This document shows, piece after piece, positions 12,563-23,025 of a stretch of 64,000 nucleotides of DNA. The notes under the pieces were generated by a model. That model made no database searches. It worked only from the letters and a program-made list of their open reading frames with translations, and was not told the DNA's origin. The position numbers were made by a program, and so were the translations under genes. The first letter of the stretch is position 1. Each line of letters begins with the position of its first letter. This DNA comes from Octopus sinensis (lineage: Eukaryota), in contig NC_043000.1 in NCBI RefSeq assembly GCF_006345805.1, forward strand, positions 128,712,001 through 128,776,000, written 5' to 3'.

Positions 12563-12660
12563 CATGCCCGTACTCACATATACATAAATACACACTCGTA
12601 CGTACGTCTATATACTTCACTGCTACACAATATGTGTACGTGTGTATGTGAGTGTGTGCC

Positions 12661-12741
<81 letters not shown>

Positions 12742-12936
12742 ATCATATATGCGTGTACAGACACTTGATTTATATATGTGTGCATGCGTGCGCACATATG
12801 TGTGTGTGTGTATACCTCGAAAACACTCATTCACAGATTAGAATATATTCCTGTGTGTGAGTGTCGTATGGGTTGTGTGTCATATACCTTTATATGTTCA
12901 TACACTTGTACACACAAGTTCCTATACACATATGTA

Positions 12937-13650
12937 TCAGGTCATCCCATAAGTTCTGTCCGAATTTTGAATAAAGAAAATAAATGATCAAATGTTATAT
13001 TAAATTGAAATTTAATCATCAATGTACTTTCCCTGATTATCTATGACTTCCTTCAATCTATTTATAAGCTTTTTAATCCCATCAATGTAAAACTCTTTTG
13101 GTTTCAAAGCGAGGAACTCTGAAATGTCAGTTTCGATCTCCTCCTGGCTTGCGAAAGTTATGTCCCCCAAATTATTCTGTAAATTACGAAATAAATGGTA
13201 GTCTGAAGGAGCAAGGTCGGGAGAATAAGGTGGATGAGGAATTTTTTCCCAGCCAAGCTCTACGATCTTCTGTGATGTGATCTTTGCAGTGTGGGGTCGC
13301 GCATTGTCCTGATGAAACATCACTCCTTTCGATTCACTAAAGCGGGGCTTTTTTTCTTCAAAGCTTGGTTCAAACGCTCTAATTGCTGACAGTAGACTCA
13401 GGTGCTAACAATTCAAAGTGAATCACTCGTTTGCAATCCCACCAGATAGAGAGAAGAACCTTTTTCCCATGAAGTTCCCTTCTCGGTTGTGGTTGAGTCT
13501 TTCCCCTTTTATCAAGCCACTTTTTACGACGTTTAACATTTCTATAGAAGGTCCATTTTTCGTCACCGGTCACAAGTCTATCCAAAAAGGGTGAAATGAG
13601 TTCGCGAGAATGGAGAGAAGAGCAGATGTCAACTCGGGATTTGCGGCATG
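12937..13650 (-). mobile_element. Mariner (DD34D) transposon remnant: C-terminal transposase plus one TIR
   Basis: FLDRLVTGDEKW, HGKKVLLSIWWD, FHQDNARPH and HPPYSPDLAPSDYHLF motifs; terminus TA|TCAGGTCATCCCATAAGTT at 12935-12955. The other TIR is not seen. Confidence 0.92.
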
Positions 13651-15749
13651 TGATATGTCAATAGTTAACTATTTACTGTGACCACTAAGCAGATACCACT
13701 GTATAATGCAGTGATTTATCTTTTGAAGAGAGAAATGAAACCGGCTGAGTTTAAGAGAGTTACATGGAATGCTGAAGTACAATTCATTCTTGTTATTAAA
13801 ACGTTTTTCAGATAGCTCAGCTAAGATACGCCTTCGAATTTCATAACAATATTTTAGGACCTGCTAGTCAACAACAGATTTAAGCTGCAAAAATATCAAT
13901 GAAATGAAACAGGTACTCCTACATGTTTAGACATTTACTGGGTCAATACAACTAACACGGCTGGAGCAAAATTGACTTAAGACTTCTACAGTGTTATAGG
14001 AAAATTTTGGCCAAAATTGAAGAGGAAATATGATTAGAAAGAGATATCGTTTATACAGCTAGTTCTTCTGACCCTATAATATACAAGTATTGGAACCCGT
14101 ACTCTAATCTAAGTTCACTTGCCACTGCCAAATTACCGCTTACTCTATTGAGCACTACGCTTATATTTATCAGTATAACACATACTTTGAAACACGGAGT
14201 AATTTAAAATAGTGAATTTTAATACTCGAAAGAGCAGTTAGAATCGGTAAAATATTCCAAAAGCTTATATTTTAAATCCAGAAATCTGCTTTAACTGTAC
14301 TTTACATTCATATTTACGCAAAAAAAACTATATAAAAATGCCAGACGTAGTCTAAACTGTAAAAAAACAAACAAACAAACAAACAAACAAAACATGTCGC
14401 TTTATTAGTAAACCGGCTGGTGATTTATTCCTAAAGGAACAAACTAAATTAATATTGATTTTCTTTTCATAAAGTATAAGGCCAATCTGCAAAGAAGATA
14501 TGCTGTCAATGGAACCAATCTATGGAATAATATTGGTACTTATTTATCGATTTTGAATGAGAATAAAGGCTAAATCAACCGTGGCTAAATTTAAAATCAG
14601 AAATGAGAGGGCGCAGACGACAAATGGGAAACATCTAGACCACTGCTTTGTAAATTTTTCGTTACTTCTTGAAAATAAAACCTTAAATACACACATACAC
14701 ACACACACACATGCATACACATGCACACACAAACACACACACACACACACACACATGCACACACACATACACACACACACATATTGACCCAATTACCAGT
14801 AAGCCTTCTGTTGTCAAGTTAAAACTGGGCTAAATATATCAGCTTACTTCAGATTCAGTATAAACATATATATGCGTACTAACACACAGACAAATACTAT
14901 TATATCTACATATATTAACCCTCTTTCGCATTACCTTTGAGTCAAGTAGATGTAATCATGTATGAAGGATTATGCGTGCGCAAGTGAGTATTGAAACAAA
15001 GTCTGTATGCCCTGTCAAGTTAATTAACTTTTTGTGGAGAATTTCCAGAAAGTTGGCATCTATTTTTTCTTATACGCTGGTTGTTAATAGAAAGCAATAC
15101 AACCGCAATGTATATCTTTCTATGTATTTCGACGATTTATTGCTAAAATTATCCACAGATAGTGTTCCGTTTTCATGTTTAACTGGTGCTGCCATTTTGT
15201 GTGTAAAGATTTGCATATTTGTTGGTCGGCCAGTGTTGTAGTTTATATGAACAATCTGTGGTAATATCTTAGTTCCTATTGAATAATCCTTACTCTAATA
15301 AGATACTAGGACCGAAAATGACTACAATGCGAAACCCAATGCTGTTATTGGGTGTGTAGTAGCGCCAGTGCAGTGCTTTAGTCGGAGGACTATGATACTG
15401 TTATGATGTCGCTGACTTACTTCCTTGTTTGTGGATTGGCGTGACGACATGCTCATTAGCTGTATTGGAAAATTTTTATCAACAAGAAATATTGAAAAAA
15501 AATATTTAAAAGGATTTTGTTCGAACATTCTTATAAGGTTTTAAAGGGACGGATGGAATACTATCCGATCCTTAAGCTGAATTGCTTTCAAGACGATAAT
15601 CACAGATGTTCATCCTCCCTACCCTGTTCTTTATTTATTGTGCCTGTCAGTTCAAAGCAACAATGGAAAGTTGCTGCTTCCATCTGTCTGTTTCTCTGTC
15701 TGTCGGTCTCTATTTTTCTCTCTAATTCTTTCTCTCTATTTCTCCCTCA

Positions 15750-15807
<58 letters not shown>

Positions 15808-16088
15808 ACTCACTCGCTCACTCATTCTCCTCACATATATTCATTCCCTGTGAGCAATTATCTGCTTGTCTCTCTTTCGCAGGGTCAGTGTTTATCTTTC
15901 TCACACTCTAATGTTATGTGCTTTTGTTTCAGTTACACTGTTTAATACTTTTACTCTGTATTTTTTTTTTCGATAGTTATTGGATATCTCTTCTATCTCT
16001 TTCACTTATGCACATACTTAAACATACATGTGCATTCAGTTTTACGCGCACATACACATCCGCATATACATATACATAAACACGCGCT

Positions 16089-16125
<37 letters not shown>

Positions 16126-16178
16126 GTTTAAATATTTGTTGTGCAAGATTTTTTATGTGAAGTCGTGTGTTGAAACAG

Positions 16179-16659
16179 ATATTGTTATATTTCGGAATGG
16201 TCATATTGCCAGTTTAGCCAATAAAAACACACGCACTATATATTTGGTGTTATTTTGCTTCAGTGATATTTATTTTTTACATTAATCTTAATCTTATTTC
16301 GGCCAAAGTTCTTTCGTCACACTCCTGTGACCGCATCAGTGGTCCTTTGTTTTCTTCTCACTTACTTGTGTCTCTCCTTACTAACCGTCAGCTATTTTGT
16401 ATTTCTATTGTATGTCTTCATTTGCGCATGCTTATATCTCTATGTGCGTCTATGTTTATTTAGTGTGTGTGTGAGGGGGATGCTTGTAATATTTGTATCT
16501 TCTGGTTATATACATTCTTGTAATTTGTATTTTGTTTTTGTTGTTGTTGCTTTTGTTCTAATTTTGTTCATGTGTTTACATCCACCTATTATTATCATTA
16601 CATATGCTTGTATGTATGTATAACAACAATATTAGTAATAATAATAATAAATCTAATTG

Positions 16660-16707
<48 letters not shown>

Positions 16708-18661
16708 CATATACATACATATACATATATATATACATATATACATACATACACATACATATATATACACATACACACACACATACATATACATACACAT
16801 ATATATACACACATACACACACATATACACATATACATACACATATACATATATATAGTTATTCATTTCTATTTCTTTAATTATCTGTGTATTTATTATG
16901 TTTGCAGGATCCACTATCGTCATATGTTGTGGTGTGCGCTATTGCTCCATTCTAGTTTTCTATTCAGGCTAGGTTTATTTTCTATTATATGTGTAGCTTC
17001 TGTAATTTGTCTAAATGTTGCATCTGTTCTATGTGTGGACAATATCTTAATCTCTATGTTATTGATTGATCCCCCGTGTTCTTGTTCAGCGTGTTGGTAC
17101 AGAATCGATGAGCTTTTACCTTCCTTGAGTTGTCTCCAATGTTCATTCACCCGCTCACCAATGCTTCTTGCTGTTTCCCCTACGTATGTTACTGTCTTGT
17201 TACTACATCGTCCCTCTATACATCTTATACTATAGACCACATTTCTGGCTTTACAGTTTGTTTGTGGGCTAAATCTACATACAGTACAATAGTTATCCGT
17301 ACAGAGAGTTCTACTAAAGGGATAGCTTCTACCAATTATAGATCTGATAGGGTTGCCTGGCTTTTCTTAGTTTAAGTTTATCTAGGGTCCTTCTAAGGCG
17401 GTACGCCAGTTCACCTCCAGGGGTGGTGTCAACGAACATGACACTCTGGTATTTATGGCTATCATACCAAGAGTTGGCCTTCCCTATTTTCTTTTTTGTC
17501 CTTTCTATAGTGTTCCATGACTTGTTCCTATAGAGTGGGCAAATCCCATTCCTATCATTACATAATATATTATCAAATTTCTTCATGGCTCCTTTGTATA
17601 CTCTGACCCTTTCTTTATGGCTGTAACCTGAGAACTGCATGCGGTGAATGAAATACTGTATGTGTCTCTTTAATTCTGTAGGCTCGCACATGCGTGACAC
17701 ATTTCTCATTATTCTGACGAGGTCTGCCATCAAAATATTGAATTTGGCATTGCCCGCAATGGCTGAGTTCCGGTGGATCAGGTATTTTGAGGCCATAGGT
17801 TTTGCATAGTATGAATGAAGGATTTGGGTTTTATTTTTCACAATTTCTAGCCAGAGTTCAGTGTCTAGTACTGGTAGTCTATGGTTGGGGTGTTTAGTGG
17901 GGTAGTCTATTGTGACCTTAATACTCTGGTGGATGGAGTTAGCTATTTGCTGGATGCTCTCCATAGTATTAGTTTCTATTACTATATCAACATTACTCTC
18001 TTGTGGGGGTGCCTTTACTACTATATTGATATCATCAACATAGCGAGAGTACATGTTTACGAGTATGGATTTCTGCAGTAAGCATTCTTTAAGCTTCTGT
18101 CCCACCATACCATGAAGAGGTTGGCCACATCACCAGCGATACTAACACCGATGGCTGCCCCCTCGTCCTGGGCATATATTATATTATTAAATTTAAATGT
18201 GTGGCCTTTTAGGGTAACTCTTATACTAGCTCCTAGTGCATGTGCGATCATTTTCTTTACCTGATGGACATTTGCGGGGCTCCGTATGGCTCTGGTCCAT
18301 CCGCGCCATCTTTCTATATGTGTCTTCCTAGCCATAGAAGTAATTGTAGGCGGTCTACCTCTTAAACATCTACTGGGGCAGAAACTACTAAGATTATGTT
18401 TATCTAAGTATTCACTATTATATGTCAGTCTAAGTAGGAGGCCCAGTTCTTCTGTGTCGACATTACAGAACTCCACCTGGCTCTCGTTGATCATCTCCAC
18501 GCACTTCTCCACTGCAAAATCTACGTCAATCGATGGGTACAGGGATACCACATCCATGCTACCTACTATACATCCTGTCAAGTCACAAGTTTTGTTACAG
18601 TCACTGATCCTGCTTAGGAGATCTTCTGTGCTGTCACACACATCAGGTGACATCCTGATTA
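16179..18661 (-). mobile_element. Penelope-like element copy 1 (5'-truncated; RT + GIY-YIG with 2 frameshifts, plus 3' pLTR-like region)
   Basis: ORFs 18057..18845, 17329..18108 and 16920..17240 give [42 protein letters not shown] and NVVYSIRC...YVGETARS. Relative to the + copy it has a 1-nt deletion near 18093 and a ~14-nt deletion near 17365. Confidence 0.93.
16301..16345 (-). ncRNA. Second identical copy of the putative hammerhead in the left PLE arm
   Basis: Exact reverse complement of 20571-20615. Confidence 0.5.
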
Positions 18662-19992
18662 TAGGAGCTAGTATAAGAGTTACCCTAAAAGGCCACACAT
18701 TTAAATTTAATAATATAATATATGCCCAGGACGAGGGGGCAGCCATCGGTGTTAGTATCGCTGGTGATGTGGCCAACCTCTTCATGGTATGGTGGGACAG
18801 AAGGCTTAAAGAATGCCTACTGCAGAAATCCATACTCGTAAACATGTACTCTCGCTATGTTGATGATATCAATATAGTAGTAAAGGCACCCCCACAAGAG
18901 AGTAATGTTGATATAGTAATAGAAACTAATACTATGGAGAGCATCCAGCAAATAGCTAACTCCATCCACCAGAGTATTAAGGTCACAATAGACTACCCCA
19001 CTAAACACCCCAACCATAGACTACCAGTACTAGACACTGAACTCTGGCTAGAAATTGTGAAAAATAAAACCCAAATCCTTCATTCATACTATGCAAAACC
19101 TATGGCCTCAAAATACCTGATCCACCGGAACTCAGCCATTGCGGGCAATGCCAAATTCAATATTTTGATGGCAGACCTCGTCAGAATAATGAGAAATGTG
19201 TCACGCATGTGCGAGCCTACAGAATTAAAGAGACACATACAGTATTTCATTCACCGCATGCAGTTCTCAGGTTACAGCCATAAAGAAAGGGTCAGAGTAT
19301 ACAAAGGAGCCATGAAGAAATTTGATAATATATTATGTAATGATAGGAATGGGATTTGCCCACTCTATAGGAACAAGTCATGGAACACTATAGAAAGGAC
19401 AAAAAAGAAAATAGGGAAGGCCAACTCTTGGTATGATAGCCATAAATACCAGAGTGTCATGTTCGTTGACACCACCCCTGGAGGTGAACTGGCGTACCGC
19501 TTTAGAAGGACCCTAGATAAACTTAAACTAAGAATTAAGGTTGTTGAAAAGGCAGGCAACCCTATCAGATCTATAATTGGTAGAAGCTATCCCTTTAGTA
19601 GAACTCTCTGTACGGATAACTATTGCACTGTATGTAGATTTAGCCCACAAACAAACTGTAAAGCCAGAAATGTGGTCTATAGTATAAGATGTATAGAGGG
19701 ACGATGCAGTAACAAGACAGTAACATACGTAGGGGAAACAGCAAGAAGCATTGGTGAGCGGGTGAATGAACATTGGAGACAACTCAAGGAAGGTAAAAGC
19801 TCATCGATTCTGTACCAACACGCTGAACAAGAACACGGGGGATCAATCAATAACATAGAGATTAAGATATTGTCCACACATAGAACAGATGCAACATTTA
19901 GACAAATTACAGAAGCTACACATATAATAGAAAATAAACCTAGCCTGAATAGAAAACTAGAATGGAGCAATAGCGCACACCACAACATATGA
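18661..19992 (+). CDS. PLE polyprotein C-terminal part: RT motifs B/C, thumb and GIY-YIG endonuclease with Cys-rich linker (open frame, lacks N-terminus)
   Basis: Uninterrupted frame from [10 protein letters not shown] to SNSAHHNI*; contains [13 protein letters not shown] and VYSIRC..YVGET..ERVNEH..E. Confidence 0.85.
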   Translation: MGASIRVTLKGHTFKFNNIIYAQDEGAAIGVSIAGDVANLFMVWWDRRLKECLLQKSILVNMYSRYVDDINIVVKAPPQESNVDIVIETNTMESIQQIANSIHQSIKVTIDYPTKHPNHRLPVLDTELWLEIVKNKTQILHSYYAKPMASKYLIHRNSAIAGNAKFNILMADLVRIMRNVSRMCEPTELKRHIQYFIHRMQFSGYSHKERVRVYKGAMKKFDNILCNDRNGICPLYRNKSWNTIERTKKKIGKANSWYDSHKYQSVMFVDTTPGGELAYRFRRTLDKLKLRIKVVEKAGNPIRSIIGRSYPFSRTLCTDNYCTVCRFSPQTNCKARNVVYSIRCIEGRCSNKTVTYVGETARSIGERVNEHWRQLKEGKSSSILYQHAEQEHGGSINNIEIKILSTHRTDATFRQITEATHIIENKPSLNRKLEWSNSAHHNI

Positions 19993-20210
19993 CGATAGTG
20001 GATCCTGCAAACATAATAAATACACAGATAATTAAAGAAATAGAAATGAATAACTATATATATGTATATGTGTATGTATATGTGTATATGTGTGTGTATG
20101 TGTGTATATATATGTGTATGTATATGTATATGTGTGTGTATGTGTATATATATGTATATGTATGTATGTATATATATATATATGTATATATATGTATATG
20201 TATGTATATG

Positions 20211-20253
<43 letters not shown>

Positions 20254-20729
20254 TTTCAATTAGATTTATTATTATTATTACTAATATTGTTGTTATACAT
20301 ACATACAAGCATATGTAATGATAATAATAGGTTGATGTAAACACATGAACAAAATTAGAACAAAAGCAACAACAACAAAAACAAAATACAAATTACAAGA
20401 ATGTATATAACCAGAAGATACAAATATTACAAGCATCCCCCTCACACACACACTAAATAAACATAGACGCACATAGAGATATAAGCATGCGCAAATGAAG
20501 ACATACAATAGAAATACAAAATGGCTGACGGTTAGTAAGGAGAGACACAAGTAAGTGAGAAGAAAACAAAGGACCACTGATGCGGTCACAGGAGTGTGAC
20601 GAAAGAACTTTGGCCGAAATAAGATTAAGATTAATGTAAAAAATAAATATCACTGAAGCAAAATAACACCAAATATATAGTGCGTGTGTTTTTATTGGCT
20701 AAACTGGCAATATGACCATTCCGAAATAT

Positions 20730-20737
<8 letters not shown>
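18662..20737 (+). mobile_element. Penelope-like element copy 2 (5'-truncated), inverted relative to copy 1
   Basis: Reverse complement of 16179-18235, including the ~740 bp non-coding 3' region; ends at (TA)n. Confidence 0.93.
20571..20615 (+). ncRNA. Putative minimal type-I hammerhead ribozyme (A9C core variant) in the PLE 3' region
   Basis: GGACCA-CTGATGC-G-GTCACA-GGAG-TGTGAC-GAAA-G-AA-CTT-TGGCC: 6-bp stem II, 2-bp stem III, bulged stem I. Folded by eye. Confidence 0.5.
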
Positions 20738-20820
<83 letters not shown>

Positions 20821-20854
20821 AGGTATATGTATGTGTGTATATATAATAATAATA

Positions 20855-20930
<76 letters not shown>

Positions 20931-21335
20931 GAGATAATAATAGGGAGTAAAACTCCAAGCTTACAGGGAAAAATTCTATTTAGTATTAAATCAAATTTCA
21001 CAATATATAAATTAGAGAAAAACCACTATTATGCAATTAACCTGAAGAGTGACTATAATTTTAAATTGAATTGATTTTCGATTAAATTAAAATTTAATTG
21101 TAATTGGAATTTAATTATATCCATGAAACGTAGTGTTTTTTTTTACTTATTATATATTGATTATTTATTTCTGTACATTTTGTGATTTAGTTATATGTTT
21201 TTAAAAAAATGTATTTAATTTTTAATTTATGATTTGGTTTATGTCTATCATTGTTTGAATTGCATAATAGTGGTTTTTCTCTAATTTATATATTATATAC
21301 ACATACATACATACACACACACACACATATATATA

Positions 21336-21393
<58 letters not shown>

Positions 21394-21419
21394 TATATTA
21401 TATTATATTATATTATATA

Positions 21420-21642
21420 TATGTGCTTGACCCTTCCGTCCGGCACTAGCCGCCATAATAGATCGTTAGCCACTACACACATTTTTTCTCTCCTTGTTTT
21501 TTCTGTGTCCCTTTCTGTAGAAGAGCGTAGGCTCGAAACGTAAAAGACTTTTTCTATTCCTGAGCGTTATACTTATACATCTGTTTGTTTTGTACACCAC
21601 CTGTCTTCGTCTTTTGTTTTGTTTTTTTTCATAATCTCTCCC
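21420..21642 (+). mobile_element. Solo PLE-type pLTR or retrozyme-like unit between (TA)n tracts, with a minimal hammerhead-like motif at 21511-21546
   Basis: CTTT-CTGTAGA-A-GAG-CGTAGG-CTC-GAAA-CG-TA-AAAG follows the PLE hammerhead layout CTGANGA-A-stemII-GAAACG, with A6U. Confidence 0.5.
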
Positions 21643-21647
21643 TATAT

Positions 21648-21711
<64 letters not shown>

Positions 21712-21957
21712 TATATGACTACACGACGTCACCAACAGTAAACCACATGAAATACGAACACAAATGAGTTCAATACGCAAACAACGAGAGAAACAAATGG
21801 AAAACAGGACAAGTAACATAAAGAGCGACCCTTCATCAGCTGTCGACTGGCCATCTACTCCTATTTCGAGCATTGAACGACAATATGGGTCTTCGAAGGC
21901 AGTTGCTCCCATAAATCCCAAAATAAAATTTGGGATTTATGGAGGGTTGTTTGTTTG

Positions 21958-22251
21958 TTCCTTCTCGAGCCATACCTGGCTCATAAGGGCCGGTTTCCCG
22001 GTTTCTTGGCGTATAGGTTCCCCACCTGGACGGGACGCCAGTCCGTCGCAGGTGAGCTGCAAGATGCAGGAGGAAAGAGTGAGAGAAAATTGTGGCGAAA
22101 GAGTCAGCAGAAGTTCGACATTACCTTCTGCCGGAGCCGCGTGGAGCTTAGGTGTTTCGCTCATAAACACACACACCGCCCGGTCTGAGATTCGAACCCG
22201 TGATCCCCCGACCGTGAGTCCGCTGCTCTAACCACTAGGCCATGTGCCTCC
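21958..22251 (-). mobile_element. tRNA-derived SINE family D
   Basis: Minus strand begins GTGGAGGCACATGGCCTAGTGGTTAGAGCAGCGGACTC...GGTTCGAATCTC (A and B boxes); a related head lies at 30190-30367(-). Confidence 0.85.
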
Positions 22252-22569
22252 ACGATTTATGGAGAGTCCAAATTGGGGATACAAACAGGACAGTGGAGAC
22301 ATACAAGGAAACCGAACGAAAACAAACAGCTGTAAGACCTACTATTCATAAATGTTCTAAAATCTTTCACAGCCTTGGATTTTTATCTCATTCTGAAATT
22401 TATATATATACACACACATGCTGATATATGACCTACGTTGGACTCCTCATTCGCATAATCACCGAACCTGGAACTTAAGTATAGTCTGTCCATAGCACTT
22501 ACTCAGCATTATCTGACACCTACGGGTTTTATTGAAACCATCACCTTTTATAACCTCTCTCTCTCTCTC

Positions 22570-22747
22570 ATGTGATAAGTAGCTTGCATACGAACCACAC
22601 GGTTCCGGGTTCAGTCCCACTGCGAGGCACCTTGGGCAAGTGTCTTCTACTATAGCCTCGGGCCGACCAAAGCCTTGTGAGTGGATTTGATAGACGGAAA
22701 CGGAAAGAAGCCCGTCGTATATATGTATATGTATATTATATATATAT

Positions 22748-22811
<64 letters not shown>

Positions 22812-23025
22812 CTATGTATGTGTATATGTTTGTGTGTCTGTGTTTGTCACCCCAACATCGCTTGATAACCAATGCTGGTGTGTTTACGTACCCATAGCTT
22901 AGCGGTTCGGCAAAAGAGACCGATAGAATAAGTAACAGGCTTCCAAAGAATAAGTTGCTCGACTAAAAGCGGTTCTCCAGCATGGTCGCAGTCAAATGAC
23001 TGAAACAAATAAAAGAGTAAAAGAG
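22570..23025 (+). mobile_element. SINE family B with internal (TA)n
   Basis: Collinear with 44531-44950. Confidence 0.85.

Noticed and set aside
18286-18660. N-terminal ~125 aa of the 568-aa ORF as a novel PLE domain
   Set aside because: This stretch is the antisense strand of the left copy's RT (the palindrome spacer). Homologous coding sequence starts at about 18661.
18661-19992. Selenoprotein-encoding Naiad-type PLE
   Set aside because: The endonuclease is C-terminal rather than N-terminal, and there are no in-frame TGA codons in the open frame.
16179-20737. Palindrome as a pure assembly artefact
   Set aside because: The arms differ by a 14-nt and a 1-nt indel plus several substitutions and have a coherent unique spacer. 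This argues against a fold-back read chimera, but read-level confirmation is still needed.
21820-21885. CTGATGAAGGG and CTCGAAA motifs (here on the minus strand, and at 43705-43755) as hammerheads
   Set aside because: GAAA precedes CTGATGA, and I could not form stem I or a U-H cleavage site in the correct register.
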